Part shown: piece by piece, positions 54,867 to 63,880 of the stretch
Layout: each line of letters starts with the position of its first letter
How positions within the stretch are numbered: position 1 is the first letter of the stretch
Source: a virus
Lineage: Duplodnaviria > Caudoviricetes
DNA length: 64,000 nucleotides
Virus record (IMG/VR): IMGVR_UViG_3300029288_000056
Location: 233,329 to 297,328 of that record
Direction: 5' to 3' (one strand)
Made by a program: the position numbers and the translations under genes
Notes under the pieces: generated by a model
Database searches by the model: none
Told to the model about the DNA's origin: nothing
The model's input: the letters and a program-made list of their open reading frames with translations, nothing else

Positions 54867-55070
54867 TTATTTCTCCTTCGGCTTTACGCGGCACTCAATA
54901 CTATAAGTAGTGCGCTCACGTGGGTCCCGCGAATCACCCTCGGAATAGTGCAGCTTAATGAGATTTCCAAAGGTCTGTGGAACGACCTCGTATCCCTGTT
55001 CCTTGAGGAAAGCCACGACCGCGGCCTCAATATCTTTTTCCTTCAAGGTTATTGTCATTTCTAGTTCCAT
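54867..55070 (-). CDS. Hypothetical protein
   Basis: 67 aa, AGGAG RBS. Confidence 0.6.
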   Translation of the reverse strand: MELEMTITLKEKDIEAAVVAFLKEQGYEVVPQTFGNLIKLHYSEGDSRDPRERTTYSIECRVKPKEK

Positions 55071-55079
55071 TTTATCTCC

Positions 55080-55508
55080 TTAATAAGAGCAGTATTGCAT
55101 AAGCCAGAACTTCGGCTCACCCAACTCAAGATTGAATTGGGAAAGGTTATCGTTAACATATTCTTGGATCTTAGCCTTGAACTCTTCGGTGTTTTCGGTG
55201 CAGATCTTTACGAGGTCAGAAACATCAGCCCAATCATTGCGACCTAGGGTCCCTATGCAGCCGATAAATAACGGTTCGCCATCTGTTCCCGTGATCCACC
55301 CTATGCCCTTTTTCCAAGGAATATGAAAATCACAATCCTCAAATAATTCACTTAGACAAACAGAGTCCTCAACCCACATCGCTTTGCCGCACTCAGGGCA
55401 GCACTTGGTGTTTGTCTCTGGGTGTTCACAGCCGCGTTCTCGGTTAACGACTTTTGCGTCGTCTAGCTTATAACCGAAAATCAGATACGAATAATAATCT
55501 ACTGACAT
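55080..55508 (-). CDS. Hypothetical protein
   Basis: Paralog family with 5201-5596. Confidence 0.65.
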   Translation of the reverse strand: MSVDYYSYLIFGYKLDDAKVVNRERGCEHPETNTKCCPECGKAMWVEDSVCLSELFEDCDFHIPWKKGIGWITGTDGEPLFIGCIGTLGRNDWADVSDLVKICTENTEEFKAKIQEYVNDNLSQFNLELGEPKFWLMQYCSY

Positions 55509-55520
55509 TTTACTCTCCTT

Positions 55521-55907
55521 TTAACCGTAGTAGGCTACCAGCCACCAGCCGTAATTTCTTTTATCGACTGGAACATGAAGTATATCTAGAGCTTTATTCA
55601 ATTTGATCATTTCTTCCTGTGTAGGCTCTTCCATTATCGCTGTCTTGGGACTACCCCATTCGGAGTAGATGCATGTCCTATTTATTGCCACTAGCCACAT
55701 CGTTTGTTCACTACAACAATGATGATATACATAGATTCCGTATTCTTTTGCCATTTCCTCTTGCTTTTTCCAATCCATACTATCCCACAAATCAATCCAA
55801 CGCCTAATTCCGTTTTCTCTGTCTATAAGTTCTTCTGGCAATTCCCAGTCATGTTCTTCCATTTCGCAAATACCATAGAACAGTTTTGCATCAGCATCCA
55901 TACCCAT
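55521..55907 (-). CDS. Hypothetical protein
   Basis: Paralog family with 5201-5596. Confidence 0.65.
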   Translation of the reverse strand: MGMDADAKLFYGICEMEEHDWELPEELIDRENGIRRWIDLWDSMDWKKQEEMAKEYGIYVYHHCCSEQTMWLVAINRTCIYSEWGSPKTAIMEEPTQEEMIKLNKALDILHVPVDKRNYGWWLVAYYG

Positions 55908-55916
55908 TTTATCCTC

Positions 55917-57176
55917 CTATGGATAAATTCTACTCATTGTGCGCGCGAAAGGCGCAGCCTCTCTAATATGAGGTAGGCCGCAAATCCAAGCGACCAGTCG
56001 TTCGATTCCAACACCAAAGCCCCCGTGGGGCACACTTCCGTATCGTCTTAGGTCTTGGTACCAATCCAACCCGCTAAGACCGTATTCCTCTATTTTCTTT
56101 TCCAATAACAACGGATCGTGTATTCTCATCCCACCACCGATAATCTCCCCAAAACCTTCGGGTGCAAGACAGTCTAATGAGAGAGTTAACCCCTCTCCGA
56201 ATGGCTGCATGTAGAAGGCCTTGCAGGCGGCGGGAAAACTATGAACGAATACCGGCTGTCCGTCAAAGGACGATGATAGAATAGTCTCGTGTTCCGCACC
56301 TAAGTCTTGGCCGAAAGTAATACCCAGTAGCTTACACGCTTCAGAGTAACTGATTCTAGGAAACGGTTTTTGAATTAACCATAACGCAGAAGTATCGCGC
56401 TCAAGAATCTTTAGTTCTGGGCTGCACTTTGCCCAAATCATTCTCAGCACGAAATGAATCAAATCTTCCTCGAAAGTGAACAAATCTTCGAAACTGCAGA
56501 AGGCTATCTCAGGCTCAACCATCCAGAACTCAGTTAAGTGGCGTCTTGTCTTAGATTTCTCTGCACGGAAAGTCGGGCCAAAACAGTAGACTTCGCCCAA
56601 AGCCGCAACCGCGGCTTCCATATAGAGTTGACCAGTTTGACTTAGGAAGGCCTGATCCCCAAAGTAGTCTAAACCGAACAGAGTCGAGGTGCCTTCCGCT
56701 GAAGACGGCGTCAAGATAGGCGCGTCAACCCGCGTAAATCCACTCTCATCCAAGAATAGCATAATCGCATGCTCAACTTGGGCGCGGACCTTCATGATGG
56801 CCGTCTGTCTTGGACTACGAAGCCACAAGTGGCGATGTTCCATAAGGAAGTCTGTGCCATGCTCTTTGGGTGAGATGGGATAATCGGGTGAAGACATTCC
56901 TATGATCTTAATGCCCGAAACTTGAATCTCATAAACGCCCGGTTGTTTTGGATGCTCTGAGACCTTCCCTCTTATCTCCAATGAGCTTTCTTGGAACAAT
57001 TGCGTATAGTCCACACCAGAAGACTTCAGAACGTCGTCAGTTACGACGGCCTGAATTGTGCCGGTTCCATCTCGCATCAGCAAAAAGTGGACAAACTTGC
57101 CGTCCCGTCTGCCATAAAGCCATCCTTGGATGGAGATCTCTGTGCCTACATAGTCTTTTAGTTGGGCTATTTTCAT
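55917..57176 (-). CDS. asnS: Asparagine--tRNA ligase
   Basis: OB fold LRDGTG..Q-like, HRHLWLRS, FLSQTGQLY, GPTFRAEKSKTRRHLTEFWMVEPE, GEIIGG, YGSVPHGGFGVGIER. Confidence 0.95.
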   Translation of the reverse strand: MKIAQLKDYVGTEISIQGWLYGRRDGKFVHFLLMRDGTGTIQAVVTDDVLKSSGVDYTQLFQESSLEIRGKVSEHPKQPGVYEIQVSGIKIIGMSSPDYPISPKEHGTDFLMEHRHLWLRSPRQTAIMKVRAQVEHAIMLFLDESGFTRVDAPILTPSSAEGTSTLFGLDYFGDQAFLSQTGQLYMEAAVAALGEVYCFGPTFRAEKSKTRRHLTEFWMVEPEIAFCSFEDLFTFEEDLIHFVLRMIWAKCSPELKILERDTSALWLIQKPFPRISYSEACKLLGITFGQDLGAEHETILSSSFDGQPVFVHSFPAACKAFYMQPFGEGLTLSLDCLAPEGFGEIIGGGMRIHDPLLLEKKIEEYGLSGLDWYQDLRRYGSVPHGGFGVGIERLVAWICGLPHIREAAPFARTMSRIYP

Positions 57177-57215
57177 ATTTTATATTCTGACATAGATCGT
57201 ATCAAAAGTCAAGCA

Positions 57216-57713
57216 CTATTTATCGATTCTGGCTTCTTTAGGAATCCACCCCGGTAGATACCATTCTGGCAAGTCTAGACTCTTTGGGTTAACACGCTTT
57301 GACTCAATTAGCCACACCAACTTCTCAATGGCCTGCTTGTGAGTTAAATTCGGCTCTCGAGTTATCTCTTCGCCAAGACGGTAGTGGGTCCAAGCGCGTC
57401 CTCGCCCGTCACCACCTGTTCCTGATTTTTCGGCATAGCATACGAGTGTTTCGTTAATACGGGAACTGCGCGAAATAAAATAAGGATAACTCTTATATTC
57501 AATCAACCACTTGTTGCCGTCTTTTTGAACAACTTTCGCGCCGCGCACTCTAATGTGATTCCATTTCCCGCACGAGCATACGACGTCGTTGAGTTCTTTG
57601 CCGCATTTTCGGCATACGGTAGGGAGTGCCTTACCCTTCCTTATTCTGTGGATTAGTCCGGGAATACCTTTCATTCCGAACCTCGGAGGGACATTTGGAA
57701 GAGACCGCCCCAA
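57216..57713 (-). CDS. Hypothetical Zn-ribbon protein
   Basis: CRKCG..CSCG. Confidence 0.55.
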   Translation of the reverse strand: MGRSLPNVPPRFGMKGIPGLIHRIRKGKALPTVCRKCGKELNDVVCSCGKWNHIRVRGAKVVQKDGNKWLIEYKSYPYFISRSSRINETLVCYAEKSGTGGDGRGRAWTHYRLGEEITREPNLTHKQAIEKLVWLIESKRVNPKSLDLPEWYLPGWIPKEARIDK

Positions 57714-57838
57714 AAGAAGGCGTTAGCAATAATTAAGGCTTGAGTTGTGGCGCCGCCAAGCAATAGGAACGCCGCAAACAAAGCTATGGAGCCCGCGAGC
57801 TGTATTAGTACCTTTTCTAGACCACTCATTTCTTCTCC

Positions 57839-60091
57839 TTATAACGACTTGATGTTAAGCACAGGCTTAACCCTATCCACTATAGTTACAGTAGGCTCGA
57901 TTAAACTCTCGATCAGCGCTGCAGACTTGTAGGCGGAAGGCGCTTCGTCAAGAGTGCCTTCGCAGACAGAACTCGAAACTATTCCACCCATTTGTTCGGT
58001 AAACTCTTGCATATCCAGTTTCCTCTTAGCTTCTCCACGCCCCATTAACCTTCCTGCACCATGAGGAGCAGAGAAGTTCCAGTCAGGGTTATCCTTGCCC
58101 TTACAAATCAAGAGACCATCCCTCATGTTGAAAGGAATAATCATTAAGTACTCTGACTTAATCGCGCCCTTGCGAATTATCATGTCATGGAAGTCGATGT
58201 AGTTATGCACAGACTCAATTCTACCCATTAGTTTGTAGGTATTCCAAACGTTAATGTCGTCGTTGTATTCGAAGCCGAGAGCCCTCTTCATGGCCAACAG
58301 GATCCAGTTTCGGTTTTCTGCGGCGTATTGTTGAGCGAAAAGCATATCGATCAAGTAACCGTGCATACGCTCACCGGTAAGGAACATGAGCTCCTTATCG
58401 CCGTTGTAGTCGGCTTTGATCCATTCAATCCTTTGCTCAATCTCAGTTTTGTCTCGAGTCTCTCTAAGGACTGTAGCAATCCGCTCTTTGTGCTCTTGCT
58501 CAGTGACGTTAACGGCTTTATCTTGCCAGTACTTAGCAACCTTCAAACCGAGATTTCGCGAACCGGTGTGGATTGTAAGCCAGTAGCCTGTATTCTCCGA
58601 GACTCCGATCTCGATGAAGTGGTTTCCACCGCCCAAAGTGCCGAGCGAGTTACAAGCGGTATGAACTTCAATCCCTATCCGTTTACAGAAGCCTTTAAAC
58701 CATTCGTAGTCGTAGTGTGGAAAAGGAACTTCAGGCATCTTTTGCTTAGCCGTAGTGGAGTTCCAGTTAAGTCTATTCCAGAAAGTGTTAGTGCCGAGAA
58801 CCCTATTTTCAGGGCTGTCTATGCGCTCAAGATTATCGAACGGCTTTGAACGGATCGAGAAGCCCATCGGGACCGCGGCACGAATTATCTGGTCCACTTC
58901 CTCAAGACTTTGAGTAGGCTTTTGAATGTTGAGTGAAAGCATGCCACAGTTATGAACAAACACACCCGCAGCTAAAGCAAAATTGTGATAAGTCTCAACT
59001 TGTAGGCAATAAACGTCTTCCTTATAATCAAGTATTCGTGTGTATAATACTTTATGGTTCAAGGATTCACTATTGCGTTTATGCCAATTTGTATGTCTAA
59101 CAAAACCACCTTTACCTAAAATTTTTCTACCACATACTTCGCATGTAAAAGTAGTGCTGTTATTGACAGCATTAAATTTCCTAAAGAACTCGGCGCCTCT
59201 TTTGCCGTTATCCTTGATTTTTTCTTTCCATTCCGCATGGTGGTCTCGCATGTATGTTGTGATATTTTCTATACCAACCGCCACTTTCTTTTCATGTAAT
59301 TCTGGCCGATATTGCCATCCTCTCTTTTTAATAGTTGTGTTTTTCTTCTCTTGAAAGTTATCGTCTGAAAAACTCGTATGTATTTTTCTATGAAGTTTAG
59401 AATGTTCAGAGGGTGTAAGATATTCAAGGTTAGAAGGGTCGTTATTATACCAAACCACATTCTTGTGATGCACCACCTTATTTTGCTTACCAAAAATACA
59501 TCTAGCTACCATTAAGTGAGTTCGTATGGCTCTTTGTTTTGCGGAAAAAACATACTCCAATCCATCGCGGCTTGTATATGTTCTATAAAAAGGCATCAAG
59601 CTATCCATAACACTTAAGTCTTTAGCTTCTTTATATGTCCCATCAGACATCATAAAAAGATGGTCCGGAGTGCATCTTAGTCTTTCTCCGCCACTAACAA
59701 CTACTTCCATCAGTTCGGCGTTAACTCTAGTTTTTAAAGCTTTAGCTCTTCCCGGCACAATTTGTAAATTTTCATCCATAGAATACACATAGAACTCGCC
59801 CATATGAGTTAATTCATCTAAAGAGTATTGTACCCCGTTAAGCAATGGAATTTTTGTATCACTAGTAAAACATCCGATATCCACACCCACAACATTAGGA
59901 ACGATTCTGTCAGTTATAGGCATTGTGAACCCGATAACCGATCCTGTCCCCTTGTGGCAGTCGGGCATGATGACGACCTTATTAGTAAACGCGGGATGAT
60001 TCACCATCTTATATATCTGAGCCATGGTAGCCTCGTCCACGCCGTCTATCATAACGTCGGCTGAAGTGTATTTTCCGTTAATTGTAAACAT
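57839..60091 (-). CDS. rtcB: RtcB RNA ligase interrupted by an intein
   Basis: MPDCHKG..SVIG, GVDIG|C, LGTLGGGNHFIE, IHTGSR, HNYID, RKGA, SAPHGAGR, LDEAPSAYK. Confidence 0.95.
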   Translation of the reverse strand: MFTINGKYTSADVMIDGVDEATMAQIYKMVNHPAFTNKVVIMPDCHKGTGSVIGFTMPITDRIVPNVVGVDIGCFTSDTKIPLLNGVQYSLDELTHMGEFYVYSMDENLQIVPGRAKALKTRVNAELMEVVVSGGERLRCTPDHLFMMSDGTYKEAKDLSVMDSLMPFYRTYTSRDGLEYVFSAKQRAIRTHLMVARCIFGKQNKVVHHKNVVWYNNDPSNLEYLTPSEHSKLHRKIHTSFSDDNFQEKKNTTIKKRGWQYRPELHEKKVAVGIENITTYMRDHHAEWKEKIKDNGKRGAEFFRKFNAVNNSTTFTCEVCGRKILGKGGFVRHTNWHKRNSESLNHKVLYTRILDYKEDVYCLQVETYHNFALAAGVFVHNCGMLSLNIQKPTQSLEEVDQIIRAAVPMGFSIRSKPFDNLERIDSPENRVLGTNTFWNRLNWNSTTAKQKMPEVPFPHYDYEWFKGFCKRIGIEVHTACNSLGTLGGGNHFIEIGVSENTGYWLTIHTGSRNLGLKVAKYWQDKAVNVTEQEHKERIATVLRETRDKTEIEQRIEWIKADYNGDKELMFLTGERMHGYLIDMLFAQQYAAENRNWILLAMKRALGFEYNDDINVWNTYKLMGRIESVHNYIDFHDMIIRKGAIKSEYLMIIPFNMRDGLLICKGKDNPDWNFSAPHGAGRLMGRGEAKRKLDMQEFTEQMGGIVSSSVCEGTLDEAPSAYKSAALIESLIEPTVTIVDRVKPVLNIKSL
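58949..59872 (-). mobile_element. Intein (308 aa) with HNH-type homing endonuclease in RtcB
   Basis: Starts CFTSDT, block B CTPDH, VHHKN..NNDPSNL..H HNH motif, ends HNFAL..VFVHN before Cys+1. Confidence 0.93.
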
Positions 60092-60379
60092 CTATATCCT
60101 TCCCATAACTACGCGTGGATCCGCGTTTGGATGAATCGAAAATTTTATAGGGTCCTTCTCTTTACAGCGAACACCCCATCTGTCGCCCCACTTATCACCA
60201 AATATTACGATGTCGTGAATTATGGGTTGGTGCTTCCTTTTGCTAGGGTGTATCTTGGGAATGTGCTGTTTACAAAAGACCTCCACCTTTTCAGGTTCAA
60301 CACAATAGCCCCCAATATGCATCTGAATTTTCTTGGTGCACTTAGGACCGCTGCATTTTATGTCAATTATATTGCACAT
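60092..60379 (-). CDS. Hypothetical protein
   Basis: MCNIID start after AGGAG; promoter 60422-60427. Confidence 0.6.
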   Translation of the reverse strand: MCNIIDIKCSGPKCTKKIQMHIGGYCVEPEKVEVFCKQHIPKIHPSKRKHQPIIHDIVIFGDKWGDRWGVRCKEKDPIKFSIHPNADPRVVMGRI

Positions 60380-60423
60380 TTCCTCTCCTTCTACCAACAA
60401 TGTAACACAAGTCGTTAGAAAAG

Positions 60424-60918
60424 TCAAGCTTTTTCGGCGACCATTAATATTGTCTTTTCGTCGGAAGGCTTACCATAATAAGCCCATGTGTGCGCTTTAT
60501 TGTCGTACCCGGGCTCTCTCAACATGTAGATAGAGGGAAATTCGTTTTCCTCGTAGGTGACCATGGCGTAGACTTCACATTCCCCACTTCCACTTTCCAC
60601 ATAAGGATAGATCCAGTCTAAGAACTTTTTAATCTCACCATCGTAGTCTTTGAGGTTTGAACGAGTTGATACGATCCACTTATGGTTGTACTCGTCCTGC
60701 CACATCTTATTTACAGGCGCTTTTACACCAAAATACGAAGAGCCCATTGTAAAGAGGCAATCCCATCTCGTGCACTTAAAGAACGGGTGCTCCGGAAGAA
60801 GCTCGGGTTCTATACCGCGAGGAACACCCTCAACGAGCAGTTGTAACATAGCAATAACTTCGGGCGGAGTTTCAAGCTTCAACTCCGCACCGAAGATAAG
60901 TTCAGTATACATTCCCAT
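60424..60918 (-). CDS. Hypothetical protein
   Basis: MGMYTEL...NLKDYD.EI..FLDWI phage-type pattern. Confidence 0.7.
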   Translation of the reverse strand: MGMYTELIFGAELKLETPPEVIAMLQLLVEGVPRGIEPELLPEHPFFKCTRWDCLFTMGSSYFGVKAPVNKMWQDEYNHKWIVSTRSNLKDYDGEIKKFLDWIYPYVESGSGECEVYAMVTYEENEFPSIYMLREPGYDNKAHTWAYYGKPSDEKTILMVAEKA

Positions 60919-61101
60919 TAGTCATCACCCTCTATTTCTTTGATGATGGTTTGTAGGGCCCTTTTCTCATCAGTTAACAACTCAACCTGATCGCGCAGGA
61001 GCGCGATCTTTTTATACAGGCCATCGAGGTCGGAGATTTTAACAATTCTGTAAGTGCCCAGTAGCTCGACGTGATAGTTGATAGTCTCAATCTCGTCGGG
61101 G

Positions 61102-61749
61102 TTATTCGGGTTCGTCTTCATTTTCGGTTCTTTCGTCAGGGTATCTTGGGCGCATTTGATCTATGCCCGGCATAAACTGAGACATCATATTAAACTCGGC
61201 TTCCATCTTTTTGCGGGACTCGTCATACGCTTCCAACATCTTGTCTGAGTCGCGATGATCCCAATAGCCGGTATCGTCTTTCACGTAAAAGACAAGGCCC
61301 ATTCCATTAAGGACGTCCAGTATTGCGGTGATAGCCTTGTGTGCAGCTACGCGGTTAGCTGAGAACTCGGTCGTACAGAAGCAGCGACTTCCCCACTCGT
61401 CATCGAAGTGCTTGCTCTTGCCAAACATAACGCTCATTCCCTCAGTCCCGCGTCCGTAGGCGAGGAACAGATACAAGAGCGTCTCAGGGTTCTCAGTCCA
61501 AGGCTGAGAGCCGTCAAACATCGGGATACGACCCTTAACGAGTGCGAAAAGTCGGTCGCGGGAGATATCCCCGTTCTTACACATTTCGACCCATTCCTCT
61601 TCGGTCTTGTTCATGTAGTCGGTAAGATTGACGATATTACCGAGCTTAGCGAACTGCAATTCTTCGGCCTTTGCCCGCACAGCCTCTAATGCGGCTTGTG
61701 CTTGGTCTTGATCTTTGGCGCGAAGTTCCCAGTGAATAGTGATTGCCAT
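61102..61749 (-). CDS. Hypothetical protein
   Basis: 215-aa ORF. Confidence 0.7.
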   Translation of the reverse strand: MAITIHWELRAKDQDQAQAALEAVRAKAEELQFAKLGNIVNLTDYMNKTEEEWVEMCKNGDISRDRLFALVKGRIPMFDGSQPWTENPETLLYLFLAYGRGTEGMSVMFGKSKHFDDEWGSRCFCTTEFSANRVAAHKAITAILDVLNGMGLVFYVKDDTGYWDHRDSDKMLEAYDESRKKMEAEFNMMSQFMPGIDQMRPRYPDERTENEDEPE

Positions 61750-61751
61750 TT

Positions 61752-62024
61752 CTACCCCTTTAGTTTTGGTGTTATTGTTAGTTTTAATTCAATCTCAACT
61801 TCAAGCTCGTGTTCACAATCTTGACAACGTAGCCGGCAAGTAACGTCACCGTCTAAGCTTGGATAACGAGGCAAACAACCATCTGTTGTTAGTTCATGTT
61901 TTTGTTTATAACCACATTTTGGACATTCCCACTCCAATGAGTATGGTAGGTACAGTCGCTTCGTTACCAACGTACTGTCCATTGCGGGCTGTTTGTATTG
62001 CGATGTGTCTCTAACTATCTTCAT
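61752..62024 (-). CDS. Zn-ribbon protein
   Basis: CPKC..CQDC; start reassigned to MKIVRD. Confidence 0.55.
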   Translation of the reverse strand: MKIVRDTSQYKQPAMDSTLVTKRLYLPYSLEWECPKCGYKQKHELTTDGCLPRYPSLDGDVTCRLRCQDCEHELEVEIELKLTITPKLKG

Positions 62025-62218
62025 CTCATTCCCTTTCTCATGAACATCCAAAAGACGTCTATAGCCGTAGCAACCCATAGAACTAATGTCGCTATAGCCC
62101 AAAATATGATAGGCTTCCAATCTGCGTCCGCAAAGGCCCATTGGTACACATTGATCAGGGCGTTTCCGAGCGAGAAAAGTAAGGCTGCACCTAACACAAT
62201 TAGAATTACGATTTTCAT
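62021..62218 (-). CDS. Small membrane protein
   Basis: Two TM segments, AGGAG RBS. Confidence 0.6.
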   Translation of the reverse strand: MKIVILIVLGAALLFSLGNALINVYQWAFADADWKPIIFWAIATLVLWVATAIDVFWMFMRKGMR

Positions 62219-62235
62219 TTTTGCTCCTTTTTTAA

Positions 62236-62440
62236 AACATAACATAGGTCGTTTAAAAAGTCAAGCACTTTTTAAGAAAAGATAGACTATTTATTTTGGA
62301 ATATCAATATTATCTTGCAATGGACTGCATCCAGAGCATTTTTTTGCATATAGTAGAGGTAAGGTTACTGGAGCTGGATTGGATTTGGATTAGTTTTAAT
62401 TTTAATGCTTGACTTTTTGATTAAGTTATGATAATATAAT
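62236..62440. promoter_or_regulatory. Divergent promoter region / strand switch
   Basis: TTGACT on the minus strand at 62259-62264 and on the plus strand at 62409-62414. Confidence 0.75.
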
Positions 62441-62468
62441 GAAGAATTAAAAAACAAAGGAGAATAAA

Positions 62469-62654
62469 ATGGACAAAATGAAGTATGCAAAGCTCATAGT
62501 ACTAAATGAAGAGCTTAAAACCACCAAGGATCCGATTCTTGGCATGTTGGGCGTTATTACTGACGCCCTAGTGGAACTGGTCGGTGACGTATTAGATACA
62601 CGTCTCAATCTCGCTATCGAGAAACAAAAAGAGGTGAACGATGGAAACTGCTAA
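62469..62654 (+). CDS. Hypothetical protein
   Basis: AGGAG RBS after plus-strand promoter. Confidence 0.65.
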   Translation: MDKMKYAKLIVLNEELKTTKDPILGMLGVITDALVELVGDVLDTRLNLAIEKQKEVNDGNC

Positions 62655-63051
62655 TATCAAAGAGGGGATAAAACTCTATCGTATGTTAGAGGCAAAAGCT
62701 TGGGAACTCTCCAAACGGTATATTGCTCAAGCTCATGAGGATGGCTATATTAATCTAACAGAGTGGCGGAGAACGGGGCATCTATACCCCGAGACTGAGC
62801 TAACAGAGAGTGGTATAGAACTTAAGCTTTTCGACGATAGCGATTATGAGGGATCCATCTTTATGCCTCTTGAATGGCTCTTAGCTGAGGACCCAACTGC
62901 GCTCCATGCAGAAATGAAGGAACACTACCTCAAATGGGCGGCTGAGTGGAAAGCCAAGAGAGAAGCAGAAGATCTCGCTGATGCACAGAAAAGAGAGAAA
63001 AAAGAACGCGAAAAGCTTGAAGAACTCAAAAAGAAATACGAGACTCAATAG
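62641..63051 (+). CDS. Hypothetical protein
   Basis: GAGG RBS, 136 aa. Confidence 0.7.
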   Translation: METANIKEGIKLYRMLEAKAWELSKRYIAQAHEDGYINLTEWRRTGHLYPETELTESGIELKLFDDSDYEGSIFMPLEWLLAEDPTALHAEMKEHYLKWAAEWKAKREAEDLADAQKREKKEREKLEELKKKYETQ

Positions 63052-63069
63052 GCGCCGAGATAGATTGAT

Positions 63070-63143
63070 GGTGATGTAGCTCAGTTCGGTAGAGCAGGGG
63101 ACTGAAAATCCCCGTGTCGAGGGTTCAATTCCCTCTGTCACCA
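63070..63143 (+). tRNA. tRNA-Phe(GAA)
   Basis: GGTGATG/TGTCACC, arm GGGGA-CTGAAAA-TCCCC. Confidence 0.96.
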
Positions 63144-63489
63144 ATAGGAGGAAAGATGAGTATTATAACAAAGACGTTCAAGATCAACTTCTGGTGTACT
63201 TTACATGCTTGGGGATTTTTCTTCAGTGTATATTTCCCAACCAAAGCGTCAGAAACCAGACTATCAATCACTGTGCACCTATTGTGCTTTGAGGTTAGTA
63301 TCTTCTTCGGAAAGGGCCACAATGATAAACCTATTTAACATAAAGTTTGAGTTCTGGTTCCACCCGCGAGATTGGCAATTTGGAATATTCGCGGATAAGA
63401 TCAAGAACTTCATTATATCGATATCATTCTTCTGTTTTAGTATTGATATCGTTTTTGACAGAAAAAAGCAACCAAAAGGTGATGAGTAA

Positions 63490-63801
63490 ATGCCTAAATT
63501 TATTCCAAGTAGAATCATCGGTCACTGTGGAACTTGTGACCGCATAGTGGAAATGCACGGTCGTTCCAGCTTCGGCTGCAACTTTACCGAGCTGATGTGT
63601 TCCGCGCTGATGATTATTGTTCCCGACGTATACTACATGGGGTACAATCATAAGGACGAATACAACGGAGTCTTCTTTGATGAAAACGGTAACTTCATTT
63701 TTCCTGAAGGCTGTCCTTACAAAGACTGCGAATTTGAAGACGTCCCTGAATGGCTGGAGAAGACGTTGAGGGAAGCAAACCAAGAGTCTTGCGGAGAATA
63801 G
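63490..63801 (+). CDS. Cys-rich hypothetical protein
   Basis: 103-aa ORF. Confidence 0.6.
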   Translation: MPKFIPSRIIGHCGTCDRIVEMHGRSSFGCNFTELMCSALMIIVPDVYYMGYNHKDEYNGVFFDENGNFIFPEGCPYKDCEFEDVPEWLEKTLREANQESCGE

Positions 63802-63806
63802 GATAA

Positions 63807-63880
63807 GGGCCCATAGCTCAATTGGCAGAGCACCCGGCTCATAACCGGGCACTGTGACTGTTCGACGCAGTCTGGGCCCA
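63807..63880 (+). tRNA. tRNA with CAT anticodon (likely Ile2/lysidine type, or Met)
   Basis: GGGCCCA/TGGGCCC, arm CCCGG-CTCATAA-CCGGG. Confidence 0.92.

Noticed and set aside
238-62285. Most plus-strand ORFs in the ORF track before 62.4 kb
   Set aside because: They are antisense shadows of well-supported minus-strand genes, with no RBS or recognisable motifs; only 35549-36362 is retained.
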